Source: Octopus bimaculoides (taxonomy: Eukaryota). Taken from it: 64,000 nucleotides of DNA. The notes below the pieces were generated by a model, which was not told where the DNA came from, searched no databases, and saw nothing but the letters and a program-made list of their open reading frames with translations. Positions 49,829 through 62,475 of the stretch are shown here, one piece after another. Both the position numbers and the translations under genes were made by a program. Position 1 is the stretch's first letter. Every line of letters begins with the position of its first letter. The stretch is taken from positions 65,597,070 through 65,661,069 of the forward strand of contig NC_068981.1 in assembly GCF_001194135.2 (NCBI RefSeq), in the 5' to 3' direction.

Positions 49829-50937
49829 TATATGCATTATTCTATTTATATAATACTCTCACTTAAGTTTCCTGCCTCCTGGTTCCATCCCATCTTGTGG
49901 ATTAGAAATTTTGTCAGAATTCTCAATTGTTTAAGGCACTAATGTCAATGTCTTGGACCCACACTTTATCATCTCAGGTATTCTGAATATTTATGACTTG
50001 GATGTAACATAAATTTATTAAATTAACAGCAATCATCACTAAATGAACAATTAACAAACTGTCAATGGCCAGGGTTAGCCAATTCAGTTAGTTCAAATTT
50101 TACTGCTATCATCTGTAGTTGTGGCATGCACAGATAAGATATTCAGCAGTTTAAAGACCAATATGATTTGCCCTAGGCAAGTCACCCAACCAAATAAATA
50201 CACTTGCAGTGACATCATTTGGGCATAGAGTAGATTTGAACCTGAATCAGCAAATATCCCCTAACATTTCAACAGCATTTTTCTCTCAGGAAAATGGAAG
50301 TTGATAAGAGTCACATTCAAACACATGGCTTTGCCAAGTCAATTTACGTCTTTTCCATTTAACTCTTAACCTTTTTGGTGCCATGAAAAGTTGAAATGTT
50401 CTCAATAATGTACATCACTTTCTAGCTAGTCTGCTGACATATAAATACAGTAGCTTAGGACATCCATCAGAGCATAAAACAGATCAGTCGAGGTTACAGC
50501 TGTCCTGCACGACAACCAAGTCACTTACTTTCCTTACTCTCTCGGCTTTCCACCTTCAGTGATATTGCTCCATCAATCTCCCTACTACTGCTAGACTGAC
50601 ACGATCAGGCAGTGTAGAACCTAAGGCCATACAGTATCAGACACTGAAATACAACACTCCGTTTTATACAGGTCTGCTCTCAATTGTTGATATTATCATT
50701 TGCCCATCAGGGTGAAGTATTGATCACATGTAATGGTTAAATAAAATATTCGTTTGTAACTTCGACTTCTGTCTTTATTTCACGGAGTCAACATTATCAA
50801 CAGCATCCTCATAACAACTTGTTACACACTAAAGGAAATTTTTTTCCCACATAGATGTTTAGATGCTCAGTATTTCAATGTATCTTGCACTAGTGCTGTG
50901 TATCTATGCATGTCAATGTTTTTTTGTATTGCATTTC

Positions 50938-51170
50938 CGAGCGTGGCCGTTGCCAGTACCCGCCTGACTGGCCCTCGTGCCGGTGGCACGTAAAAGCACC
51001 AACTACACTCTCAGAGTGGTTGGCGTTAGGAAGGGCATCCAGCTGTAGAAACTCTGCCAAATCAGATAGGAGCCTGGTGTCGCCTCCTGGTCCACCAGTC
51101 CTCGGTCAAATCGTCCAACCCATGCTAGCATGGAAAGGCGGACGTTAAACGACGATGATGATGATGATGA
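50938..51170 (+). mobile_element. RTE LINE 3' tail copy (intergenic)
   Basis: Same family tail with (GAT)n end. Confidence 0.8.
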
Positions 51171-51899
51171 TGTACAGGTAAAGTCAAAGCTAAAGAAGTT
51201 CACTTTGCAATGGTGAGATCCCAAATTTAACAAACCTTGTGAGTAAAATTGGGTAGATGGTATCTGTTGAGGCCTGTCAAATAGCCTCTACCTATAACTG
51301 AAAGGGTCACACTGTATCATGTTGTGTCATTTAGGGTACAAGTTTCTGTGGAATACTCAGTCACTTACTCTATAAACCAATAAGCATGTAGTTTTGTGAA
51401 ATATTTATTGCCTAAAACCAACGTGAAATTCAATACATTACAATTTTTTGTGTGACTAATTTCATACTTCCTATTCAGCCATAGCTTGCCCAGCAGTACC
51501 CAACCCTAGAAATTATTTTTTTTACTTATTAATCAATAGAACAAAAACAAAAACAAACATCACAAGAAGTCTTGATTATTTAACCTAAGGCCAAAACCTG
51601 ATTGATCAGATCAATATTCAAATACAGTCAAACTATAATCATCTCATCATTTCTTCAGACATAACATATCTGGGACAACAATTTGTCCTTCTCTTCTCAA
51701 AGGAATACAAAGTGTGTTGAGGGGGACTTGACTGCTATTTCTGTTAGGTTTTACATGTGCATTGAGGTTTCCTCAGTGATTGTCTAACTCATATGACTTG
51801 TTTGTCAGTATTTTCTGTTGTTATTTGGACAAAATCATCATCATCATCATCATCGTCATGATCGTGTAGTTTAGTACTATGATGCTTAACGGAATTTTG

Positions 51900-52512
51900 T
51901 CTAGAAGTAGTTGATAGCTTCCGCTACCTAGGTGACCAAGGTGGGTGCCTTGAAACTGTAGCTGCTAGAATAAGAATAGCCTGGGCAAAGTTCAGACAGC
52001 TCCTACCTCTGCTGGTGACAAAGGGCCTCTTGCTCAGAGTAAAAGGTAGACTGTATGACGCATGTGTACAAACAGCCATGCTACATGGCAACCATCCAAG
52101 CATGATCGTTGCCAGGGCAGCTGACTGGCTCCTGTGCTGGTGGCACGTAAAATGCACCATTCGAGCGTGATCATTACCAGCGTTGCCTTACTGGCACGTG
52201 AACGACAACATTCGAGCGAAGTCGTTGCCAGTGCCACTGGACTGGCTCCTGTGCAGGTAGCACGTAAAAAACACCATTTGAGCATAGCTGTTGTGAGTAC
52301 CACCTGACTGGCCCTCGTGCCGGTGGCACGTGAAAGCACCCACTACATTCTTGGAGTGGTTGGCATTAGGAAGAGCATCCAGCTGTAGAAACTCTGCCAG
52401 ATCAGATTGGAGTCTGGTGCATCCATCCAGCTCGCCAGTCCTCGGTCAAACTATCCAACCCATGCCAGCATGGAAAGCGGACGTTAAACGATGGTGATGA
52501 TGATGATGATGA
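51900..52512 (+). mobile_element. Internally deleted RTE LINE: RT fragment fused to 3' UTR sub-repeats
   Basis: [34 protein letters not shown]...AMLHG joined directly to the 3' UTR units and (GAT)n tail. Confidence 0.85.
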
Positions 52513-52674
52513 TTTATGCCCTGAGCTCAAACGCCACCAAGGTTGACTTTGCCTTTCATCTTTTAAGGGTTGATGAAATAAGTACCATTTGAGCACTAGG
52601 ATCAATTTATTCAACTAACTTCCTCCCCCAAATTTCAGGCCTTGTTCTTATTGTAGAAAGGATTGTGTTATTCT

Positions 52675-53060
52675 TTTATTCTTTTACTTGTTTCAGTCAT
52701 TTGATTGCAGCTGTGCTGGAACACCACATTGTAGGGTTTCAGTTGAACAAATGAACTCCAGGACTTATTTCTTAAGCCTAGTACTTATTCTATCGGTCTC
52801 TTTTGCCAAACTACTAAGTTACAGGGATGTAAACACACCAACACCAGTTTTCAAGCGGTGATGTGAGGATGAACAGAGACAAAGACACACACACACATAC
52901 ATATGATGATTTTCTTTCAGTTTTCATCTACCAAATCCACTCACAAGGCTTTGGTTGACCTGAGGCTATAGTAGAAGACACTTGCCCAAGGTGTCACGCA
53001 GTGGGACTGAACCCAGAACCATGTGGTAGGGAAGCAAGCTTCTTACCACACACAGCCATT
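52675..53060 (-). mobile_element. tRNA-derived SINE, family A
   Basis: Reverse complement of family A. Confidence 0.75.
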
Positions 53061-53890
53061 TAGTACATTTAACCTGTTCCAGCTACAATTGTTTGAACTA
53101 TACATGAATTTTCAGCACAAAACTCTCTGTATTTTTCATGTTTTAATACTTAGAAAGCTTTTCTACTGCATTTGAAATTTGTTTAATTTTACATATTTAT
53201 ATTTTTTTCACATATTTTAGTTTGAGGAGTGGGTGTGCCCATATCTTTTGTGAACCTTCCCACACTGGTGATATCATTGTAGGATGATTAATAGTATTTT
53301 ATATTTCAAGTTATTAATAATAATATTTGGGTAATGCAATTACTTCTCTGACCCCATTAACTATTAACTTCATATTAAACATCTTAAAAGATCATGGAAA
53401 CAGTCTTAAACAACCACCTCCTCCAACATTTGTAAGATGCTTTTTCCTCAGTTACCACTAGTGTGATTTTCAGCCAAATCTATGTTGCCCATTAATATGA
53501 CAACCTCCCCACATCTTCACAAATTTTACTCTTTGATACTGTCTGGTATATAACACTCTTAAGTTTGCTGCCTACTGGCCCCATCCTATCTTGAGGGTTA
53601 GGAATTTTGTCAGAATTCAAATGTAGTACTTTAACCCCCTTAGAGAATCAGAAAATTGAAGTCATTTCATTGAAAGAATATCAGTAGTGAACATTAAATG
53701 GACGTGATTCATCAATGGCATAGCTCGAGTGTATGCCATCCAAGGTAGCCCTTCAGTTTCCTGCCCCCACCCCCTCCAGGCCCTCAAGCCTATACAGGCT
53801 TATACAGTAAACCCCAAAACGTCCCCCATAAAAGTGCTACTCTGGGTAGACTGTGCCATCCTCATCCCTCTCCTAGATGTGCTATTGTGA

Positions 53891-53896
53891 TTTATT
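53891..53896 (-). promoter_or_regulatory. Candidate polyadenylation signal (AATAAA) for the dynein gene
   Basis: TTTATT on plus, about 400 nt downstream of the stop. AT-rich context makes chance occurrence likely. Confidence 0.25.
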
Positions 53897-54294
53897 TGTA
53901 ATAAGGAAAAATCTACAAAAGATAATTTGTTCATTTTTCTTTTAATACATAATATAAAAAAGAAGAATAACAAATACAATGTGATATTAAATGTAGAGTG
54001 AAAGTTCAGTCTTTTAACTGGTATGTGTTTAATGTTGAACATTTAACAATGTGGATATTCTTTTAATATATAGAACAACAAGATTCCTAATGAATACCAC
54101 TAAAGAAAGAGAAATAAGTAAATAATTTTGCAGCAAGGTTCTGGTAATCATTAATCAATACAGCAATACTAGATAATGTATGTTTTTGTTTTCAATGTTT
54201 CATTATATTTCCAGAGATATAACACTTCAAATAAAAATATTAGTTGTTTTAGTTTTTATGAGGCAAGGCGGGCACTAATACAAGCTCATTTAAT

Positions 54295-54912
54295 TTAAAC
54301 CTGCAGCAACAGAGCTACTCCACCAAGAATCCACTTGCTTGATTTCTCTTTCGATTTCAAATTAAATGTCCATACAAATGTCGGGCCTCGTTGTTTGGTC
54401 TTATAGACAGGACATTGATAAATAGTTTTAGTATCCTGTCGGTCAACTGGAATGGCTTTAATGAATATCACAGGCATTACTGGAGTGAGATCTTTTAGTC
54501 GTGACTCAGCAATCATTCCACTCTGCATGTCCCACCGAGCACCTTCCATAAAGAGCCCATGAATGTAAGCTCCTTCTCGAGGTGGTCCTGCCATGTCATC
54601 TCGCATTTTCTTAGTCACATCACACTGCAGACACATCTTGTCTAGTGGCCATTCACTTTTACGTGCCATTTGCTGCATGATAGCTGTAAGAAAGGACTGT
54701 GGGTTAAAGAAGCCAGCCAGCCAAACAGCTGCTGGTAGCTGAAAGTCTGTTACCCAACTCTCTAGTTCCTTCACACGTTGCAAAAGATCTGCATACCATG
54801 TGGTGAGGTTGTACAGAGAAGGGTATGCCCTTTTTGCCCAGTTGCCTGGCACTTGATCCATAAAAAGAGAGTTGCTTAGTTCTTCCATGTCTGAGGTGAT
54901 TGTCAATTCACC
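54295..54912 (-). CDS. Dynein heavy chain terminal exon ([12 protein letters not shown]...GGVALLLQV*, 618 nt)
   Basis: Acceptor TTTTTCAG; stop at 54297-54295; matches ORF 54295..54927. Confidence 0.96.
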   Translation of the reverse strand, partial: GELTITSDMEELSNSLFMDQVPGNWAKRAYPSLYNLTTWYADLLQRVKELESWVTDFQLPAAVWLAGFFNPQSFLTAIMQQMARKSEWPLDKMCLQCDVTKKMRDDMAGPPREGAYIHGLFMEGARWDMQSGMIAESRLKDLTPVMPVIFIKAIPVDRQDTKTIYQCPVYKTKQRGPTFVWTFNLKSKEKSSKWILGGVALLLQV

Positions 54913-57791
54913 CTGAAAAAGAAACAAGGTAAGTGGTCAAATTAATGAATAAATTAAATTTTTATCCTAAGAAATGTAATTAATTTGTAAGGAGAAAATA
55001 TTTAAAAAGAAATATAGCTTTATTTAAGTGTATGCATGGTGTGTTTTGAAAAATATTAACAATGATTTTACCTTTAAACCTAAATCAAGTTCTTTTAAGG
55101 TCCTTCTAATTTCTGATGTTAACAAATTCATTCGTTCGCATTCTTGGAATGCTACGACTACATAGGGAGTTCTTTCTTCTAATGGAACTTTAGCCATTAT
55201 TTCTGCCATGATAAATTCTTCTGGTAATTTTTCAATAATTTCATCCAAAATTGACTTTACCTACATAAAGATAAACAGGTAAGTATTAAGATCTTTTTAG
55301 AAAAACATCATCTGGCCACAGAATGCTGTTTATACTTTGGTATGTATTTGTGTGTGTGCATGCATGCATTCATATGTGTGTGTGTGTGTGTGCTGTTATA
55401 CATTTAAATATACTTAGAACAACACAATCTACACATGTAAATATCAAAATAGATAATTAATTATACTTATAATCATTTTACATCCGCTTTCCATTGCTAG
55501 CATGGGTTGTATGGGTAGTTATGATACAAATTAGTTCTTATTTGAAGTTACTGTCCTCCTAGATAGGACAAGGACGACATGTCACTTGCATTTTTCATCT
55601 TCAGCATGTCTTCTATGGCCAGATACCCTTCCTATCAACAGACACTTTACAAAGTGTTCTAAGTACATTGTAGAGTTGCAGCAGTCTAGAAAGGTTCTTT
55701 TATCCCTAGTAAGGCTATCAAGTCCTCTCAACTCTATGTTGCTTCCATTCAATGGTCAACCACTTTACAGACTGTACTGGGTACATTTTATAATATAACC
55801 ACCACTAGAGAAATCACATTGTGTCTAGGAAGACTATCACCTCATTTTATAAATTATTTTTGTGTATAACAAAATTATGAATAACATGTTTCTCAAGGTG
55901 CTTAAGCATCAATATAGATAATAATAATAATAATGATAATAATAATATAATTTAATGTTAATAATAATATAAGATCACTGTTTGTACCATGTACAGCAAG
56001 ATCTGGAACAAATGTCTGCATATTTATTCTTAATATGTCTGGGCAGGTTCAAAAACAGAATACGCTAGTTGCTGTAATATATGTCAAAGGAGAAAAACCT
56101 CTCTCTTTTATGATAATAGTGTGTCCAACATCCTTGATTCATTGGCACAGAATATTCTGGGACAGTGGTGTTTTGACTTGTGTCTCGTCAGCCAGAAATA
56201 CCCCAGATCTTTGAGTCTAGTCAAGCAGATGGCCTTTGTTTGTAACTTTCAGTGAATAAAATGTTTGCTGATATGTTTGCCAGTCGATATAAAATTGTCA
56301 TTTGCATTGTGTACAGCAAGATCTGAAGCAAATGTTTGCATATCCATTCTTAATACATCTAGTATAATTTGAGGTTTCTAAAACCTTATGAAGATGCATA
56401 GCCAAGTGGTTAGGGATGTTGCACATACAATTGCAAGATTGTGGTTTTAGCTCCCCAAACCATGTCATTTTAATCCACTCAGCTGTAAATGAGTAACCCT
56501 GTGATGGATTATCATCCTGTTCAGGGGGAATGTTGCAGTCTTGGTCACTTATACACCATAGGAACTGGGTAACCAGTTCAGTGAGCCCTAGGACTGAACA
56601 CTGTACTTTATTTTGCTTTTTAAAACATTAAATTATATTTTTAAAACTCTGAAGTGCATCTAAATAGATGCCTGAGGTGGCATAACCATTTTAGAACCAT
56701 TTTTCTCTCACTTCTATCAATTAACGATGGAGCCTCAATGGGATCACTTGTCTTGCTAGAAATAACAGCTAAATCTCTTTCAAACTACACCCTACTATTT
56801 TTAAAATGGGAGGACACATATGATGTAGTCCAAGATAGACTATGAATGAAAACAAAGATGAAGGTCATAGTTGAAACGTCTCCAATCCTAAATCAACTTG
56901 ATTAGGACTTCCTTTCAGTAAAACAACTTCCCACCACATGAAGGAAACTTTTCACAGATATACATATTGTTTTATTTTACATGTGCTTGCCTCCAGGCAC
57001 ATACAAACACATTCAGACATACACACATGCATATATGTGCATGCATTTATGCACTCACAAGCACACACATACAAAAACATAAATGTAAAAGAATTGGATA
57101 TTTACTTTTTCTTCTCGGCTAACACCAGCTTCTGAATCACTACCTGCATCTCGAGGCTGCATTTCAAATACTGTGCGGAAAAGATGCTCTGATGTACTTG
57201 TGAGGAATTCAATTTCTGCATTTGGATGTAGACCATATAAATAGGGACTTTCTGTTGGAATCATCTCATCAATATATGTGTGATAGCCCTTGTAGTCAAT
57301 ATTTGGTGGAATTGGGAATCCAGGAGCCAAATAGAGCTCTGTATCAAGCTGTAATGTAATATAAAATAAAAACGTTAGGGGATGTAGATGATAAACAAAG
57401 CATAGTATTCATCTGGGAACTGAATTAAAGTATTGTGTTTTGTTTTGTTTTTTTGTGTTACTAGTAGTACTGGAAATGCTAATAATGGCAATAGTGATGA
57501 TGATGATGATGGTGTAGTATTTATTTATCATAATAACAAATGATCGAGACCTTTGGCAAGATCCATCAAGCAAGTGAAATCATAACTGTGGCAGATACTG
57601 GTGTATTGCAGCCGGTACCTGTGCCGATGGTACATAAAAGCACCCATTACACTCTCAGAGTGGTTGGCATTAGGAAGGGCATCTAGCTGTAGAGACCATG
57701 CCAAATCAGACTGGAGTCTGGTGGAGCCCCTCAACTTACCAGCCCTTGTTAAACCATCCAACCCATGTCAGCATGGACAAATGGACACTAA

Positions 57792-57846
<55 letters not shown>

Positions 57847-59056
57847 ATATTACAATGAAGGCATGTGGCCTAGTGGTTAGGAATTTGCTCTTGAGATCAC
57901 AAGATAGTGGTTTCAATTCCTGGATCAGGTGATACATTCTGTTCTTGAGCAAAACACTTCATTTCACATTGTTGTGTGATCACTTTGATGTCTGATGTGT
58001 GGCACAACGTACACCTGTTCAGCCAATGTTGTTCTGATGGAAAGAGCAAGCTAATGTGCAGCACAGACATTTGATCACTACAGACAACTTATCTGTGCAG
58101 GTTGTTTGACAAGAATCTGCAAAACTCTCATCTGTCATTTACAACAGAAGTGTCCACAAAAAATAAAAACACCCTGTATATCACAGACATGTATCTTGGT
58201 TTTTAGAATTATATACACCATATCTCTGCATATTAGTAGAGATGACTAAAAGGATTGGTGCTGAGAAGCTGGTTGTATCACTGACTCAAAAAGTCCGATC
58301 TAACCCATGCCGACATGAAAAAGCAGATGTAAAAACAACGATGATGAAATGGTGACCCATTTTGCCATAGATTACAGATTTCCTATAAGTCAGTCACTGA
58401 TTCATTGCATTTCCGACAGCAAAAATTGACAGGGGATTATCTGTGTAATTCTGTAGAGAACAAACAGAACAAGGAACACTGCTCAAAAGCATCAGTTTTT
58501 TTTTGGGGGGGGGCAGTATTATTAAGGCAGCAAACTGGCAGAACCATTAGCATGCCAGGCAAAATGTTTAGCAGCATTTCATCCATCGTTACATTCTGAG
58601 TGCAAATTCTACTGAGGCTGATTTTGCCTTTCATCCCTTTCAGGGTCAATAAAATAAGTACCATCAGAGCACCAGGGGGTCGATGTAAATGATCTAGCAC
58701 CTCCTCCGAAATTGCTGGCCTTGTGCCAAGATTTGAAACCAATACCTATATCTTTTAACAAATGATATGCATAATTTGTATATATATATATAGCTCCTCT
58801 ACAATAACCTACTTGCCACTTCCTCCTTCTCTCCTCCCATATTCTATACCCTCCTCTCCTTGCATAAATGCTGTCCTCCACCCACTACCAAAGTTTTTAT
58901 AGTCTCATGAGGTGCATGGTGACCTCACTAGTGCTGATGGCATAAAAAACACCCAGTACATGCTATGAAGTGTTTGTCACTAGGAGGGGCATCTAGCCAT
59001 ATAGAAACCATCCCAGCATGGAACATGGACATATTATAATGACAAGAAGGATGATG

Positions 59057-59100
<44 letters not shown>

Positions 59101-62100
59101 ACGCGCACTCACCCACAGCTTTAATCACAACCGTGTCTAATGTCTAGTTTTGGAGGGAACATGTTAATATAGGTAGTTGTGGTGGTGGTGGTGGTGGTGG
59201 TGGTGATGATGATGATGATGATAATAATCAGGAGGAGGAGGGCAAGGAGGTATTATTTTTGGAAGGAGGATGTTAGTAAAGTGGGAAATAATGCCAAGTA
59301 AGATAGTGATGGTGGTAGTAGTAATAGGCAACAACTCACCATGTCCGGATGCATGTACACTTCAAGATAAGTTATACAAAGTCGTCTGTCCCAGTCATCT
59401 GTGATGTGCCCTCCATACATGATTTCCCCAAAAAGATAGCGTAAATCTTCCCAGGGGACTTTGTTGTTGGCTTCCAAGTAGTTGTACAGCACATTAACAC
59501 TGATTGTCAGATCACCAACATTAAAAGGGTAAATTCGGTTCCAACCCTGAGGTCCAAACTTTCTCCGTTCTTGAACAACAGCATGAAAATAGCAGAGAGC
59601 AAATAAGATGCTCTTAAACTCTACTTCTCGTGCACACTTTTCCAAAGTGTCCTTTAGAAAGATGGATAATAAAGAAATCAGAAACACATACATAAGAAAA
59701 TAATAGGCAAATAGTAACAGGTAAATGCTATATTGAAATATAACAGGTATAAATTAACAAACTAATAGTCATCATTCTTTTTATTCTGCTCTCTATTCCT
59801 GGGAGGGTCATAGGGATAAAGTCCCCAAGCATGTCCTCCATAGGATCCTATCAGAAGCAACCATTGTTACACCTTCCAATTGAATTTTCAAGCATGACCA
59901 ACTGAGACTATGGATATTATCTAATCATCTCATTCTTGGCCAACCCCTTGGTCTCCTGCTGATTGGCTCAGCTTGAAGAGCTTGTTCTGTGATTCTTTCC
60001 TCCAACATTCTAATCAAATATCACATACAAATAAGAATTACAAATATAACATGTAAATATAAAATGCAAATATAACATATAACACAAATATTGCATATCA
60101 TGTACAAATATCACATATAGATATAACATACAAATATCACATGATACATAAATATAATACAGAAACATACAAATTGAAATCTGGTTCCTCAAGGTTGACA
60201 AATCATGATGGCTTGGCAGATTCAAGGACTGAATTTACCAGCATTCTATTGTAGCCCAAGTCCTATTACATTTACTGATCAACTGGATTACATTACCAAA
60301 AACAGAGTCCCTTAAAAGGAAGATCAGTGGCTTTTTCTAAAAGTGGTTGGGATTTCATGCAGTCTAAACGGTGTAGCACTGTATGGGACCAGTAACATCT
60401 TGCAGCTCCCATTCAGTGTTCTCACTGAAGAATTTAAAGTAACACGAGTAAGAGAGGTGTTACCTTACATGGACTCCTGCTGGCTTCAATGTGAGAACAG
60501 AAAGGAAATGGAAGACAGAGAAAGCAGAGAAAGTGGATGAATCACACCTAATACAAAAGAAGCTGGTGAGCATCTTGACAATTGGCAGAGCAGGCTAAGG
60601 TTTTTGTTTTTGCTTTTGTTCTTTTCCAAATACACATGTTGGCAAGGCCCAGGGAAAAGAGAAGTATCATATCATTCAAGAGAAGGTCAGAGCAGATGTT
60701 GAGGGGAATGAGTGATCAGAGTTGTAAAAGGCAGGGGACAATTGACAAGAGAATGTGCACCAATGCAGGATTTCTTAAGGGAGGTGATGAAAATTATAAT
60801 AGTGTGCTATGGCAATATATTTACTCTAAATGGGTGACAACAGAGAAACACCAAAGTATACATAATGCAGAAGTGTAGCAGTCTTTCCCCAAATCTGCCA
60901 AACATGCCACATAATTGATTTATTTAAGTTCAAGGGAAGAATGTACCATCCATAAATAAGATGTTCCAATTCATAGAGGTTACAAGAAGATTTAACAATA
61001 GAAACATTTAGCTATTTTTTTGTCTTTTCCCTTTTTCCTTTCGTTCCTTCCTTTTTATATATTAGAGGTAGTAGATATTTTTTCCAGCTTGTCATGGCTT
61101 TCTGGCTTCACATACAAGCTTAAATTTATTGAAAGAATAAATAGTCAACATCTCTTATTTATGAAGGAGGTAAGCTGGCAGAATTTTTAGCGTGTGGGAT
61201 AAAATGCTTAGCAACATTTCTTCCAGCTCCTTCTGTTCAGATTTCAAATACTGCCATGATCAACTTTGCCCTGTGTCCCTTTAGGGTTCATAAAATAAAT
61301 TGCCATTCAAGTACTGGGACTGATGTAACTGACTTGTCTCCTCCCCTCAAAATTGCTGGCCTTGAACCCAGTAATGGATCAGTATCCCATTTAGGGGAAA
61401 TGCTGTTATCTCAGTGAAGGCACATAACTCAGTGGTTAGAATGCCAGGCTCGCAATCACGAGGTAGTGAGTTCAATTCGCAGACCAGGTTGTATGTTGTC
61501 TTCTTGAGCAATACACTTTATTTCATGTTGCCCCAGTTAACTTAGCTGTAGAAATGAGCTGCAACATCACTGGTGCTAAGCTGTATTGACCTTTGCTTTT
61601 CCTTTGGATAACAACAGTGGTGCAAAGAGGAAGCTGGTATGCATGGGCAACTGCTGGTCTTCCATAAATAATCTTGCCTCAACTTGTACCTTGGAGGAGA
61701 ACCTTCTAGGTGCAATCCCATAGTCATTCATGACCAAAGGGGGTTTTTACCCTTTTACTTTTTACCCTGTGATCTCACTGAGTAACTGGTCTTATTTGTC
61801 CAAGAGCTCAAGAGATGAAATATCTCTTACTTAATACTAGTAATTACTTTCAAATCACGGAAAAACGATAATTCATTTCAAAATAATATTTTACCTGATC
61901 AAAGTTGTCTAATGCTTTATGCAAGTTAGCTTGCATACCAGTAGGAGGCTCATTCGTAATTTTGATGGCTGACTCAAGAATACCTTGAGGTATGGTGTGG
62001 GAAGCAGCAGAAGCGGCAGGTTCAGCACTGATGAAAACTCTGTAAGATTCATGGCTATCTACACTATATTCTTCTAACTTCTTCTCTAAGTTGGCCAGCC

Positions 62101-62424
62101 ATTTTGCAACAAGATGCACATTCTAAGAAAAATATATTCATGAAGACAAATTATTGTATTAAAATATATTAACATATAATGGAGACATGCTTAAGTCTGT
62201 GGTTAAAAACTTCACATTGCAACCACATGGTTCTGTATTTAATTCCAATGTGCAATGAGAAAGTGTCTTCTATCCCAGCCTTGAGTAGACTAATGCGTTA
62301 TGAGTGAAAATAAATTGTTAGGAATTGAGCAGAAGTCATTCAAGTGTGAGTGTGAGTGTAGATAGACAGACAGAGAGACAGATAAATTGTGAAATAATAA
62401 GTGGATGGATGGATGGATGGATGG

Positions 62425-62475
<51 letters not shown>

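Noticed and set aside
52095-52400. Regularly spaced repeats resembling a CRISPR-like array
   Set aside because: Imperfect tandem sub-repeats of the RTE 3' UTR with no unique spacers, in a eukaryotic genome.
61416-61490. tRNA-like A and B boxes (also 4500-4570, 12795-12860, 57858-57925)
   Set aside because: No complete cloverleaf, and each continues into a repeated SINE body; these are SINE heads, not tRNA genes.
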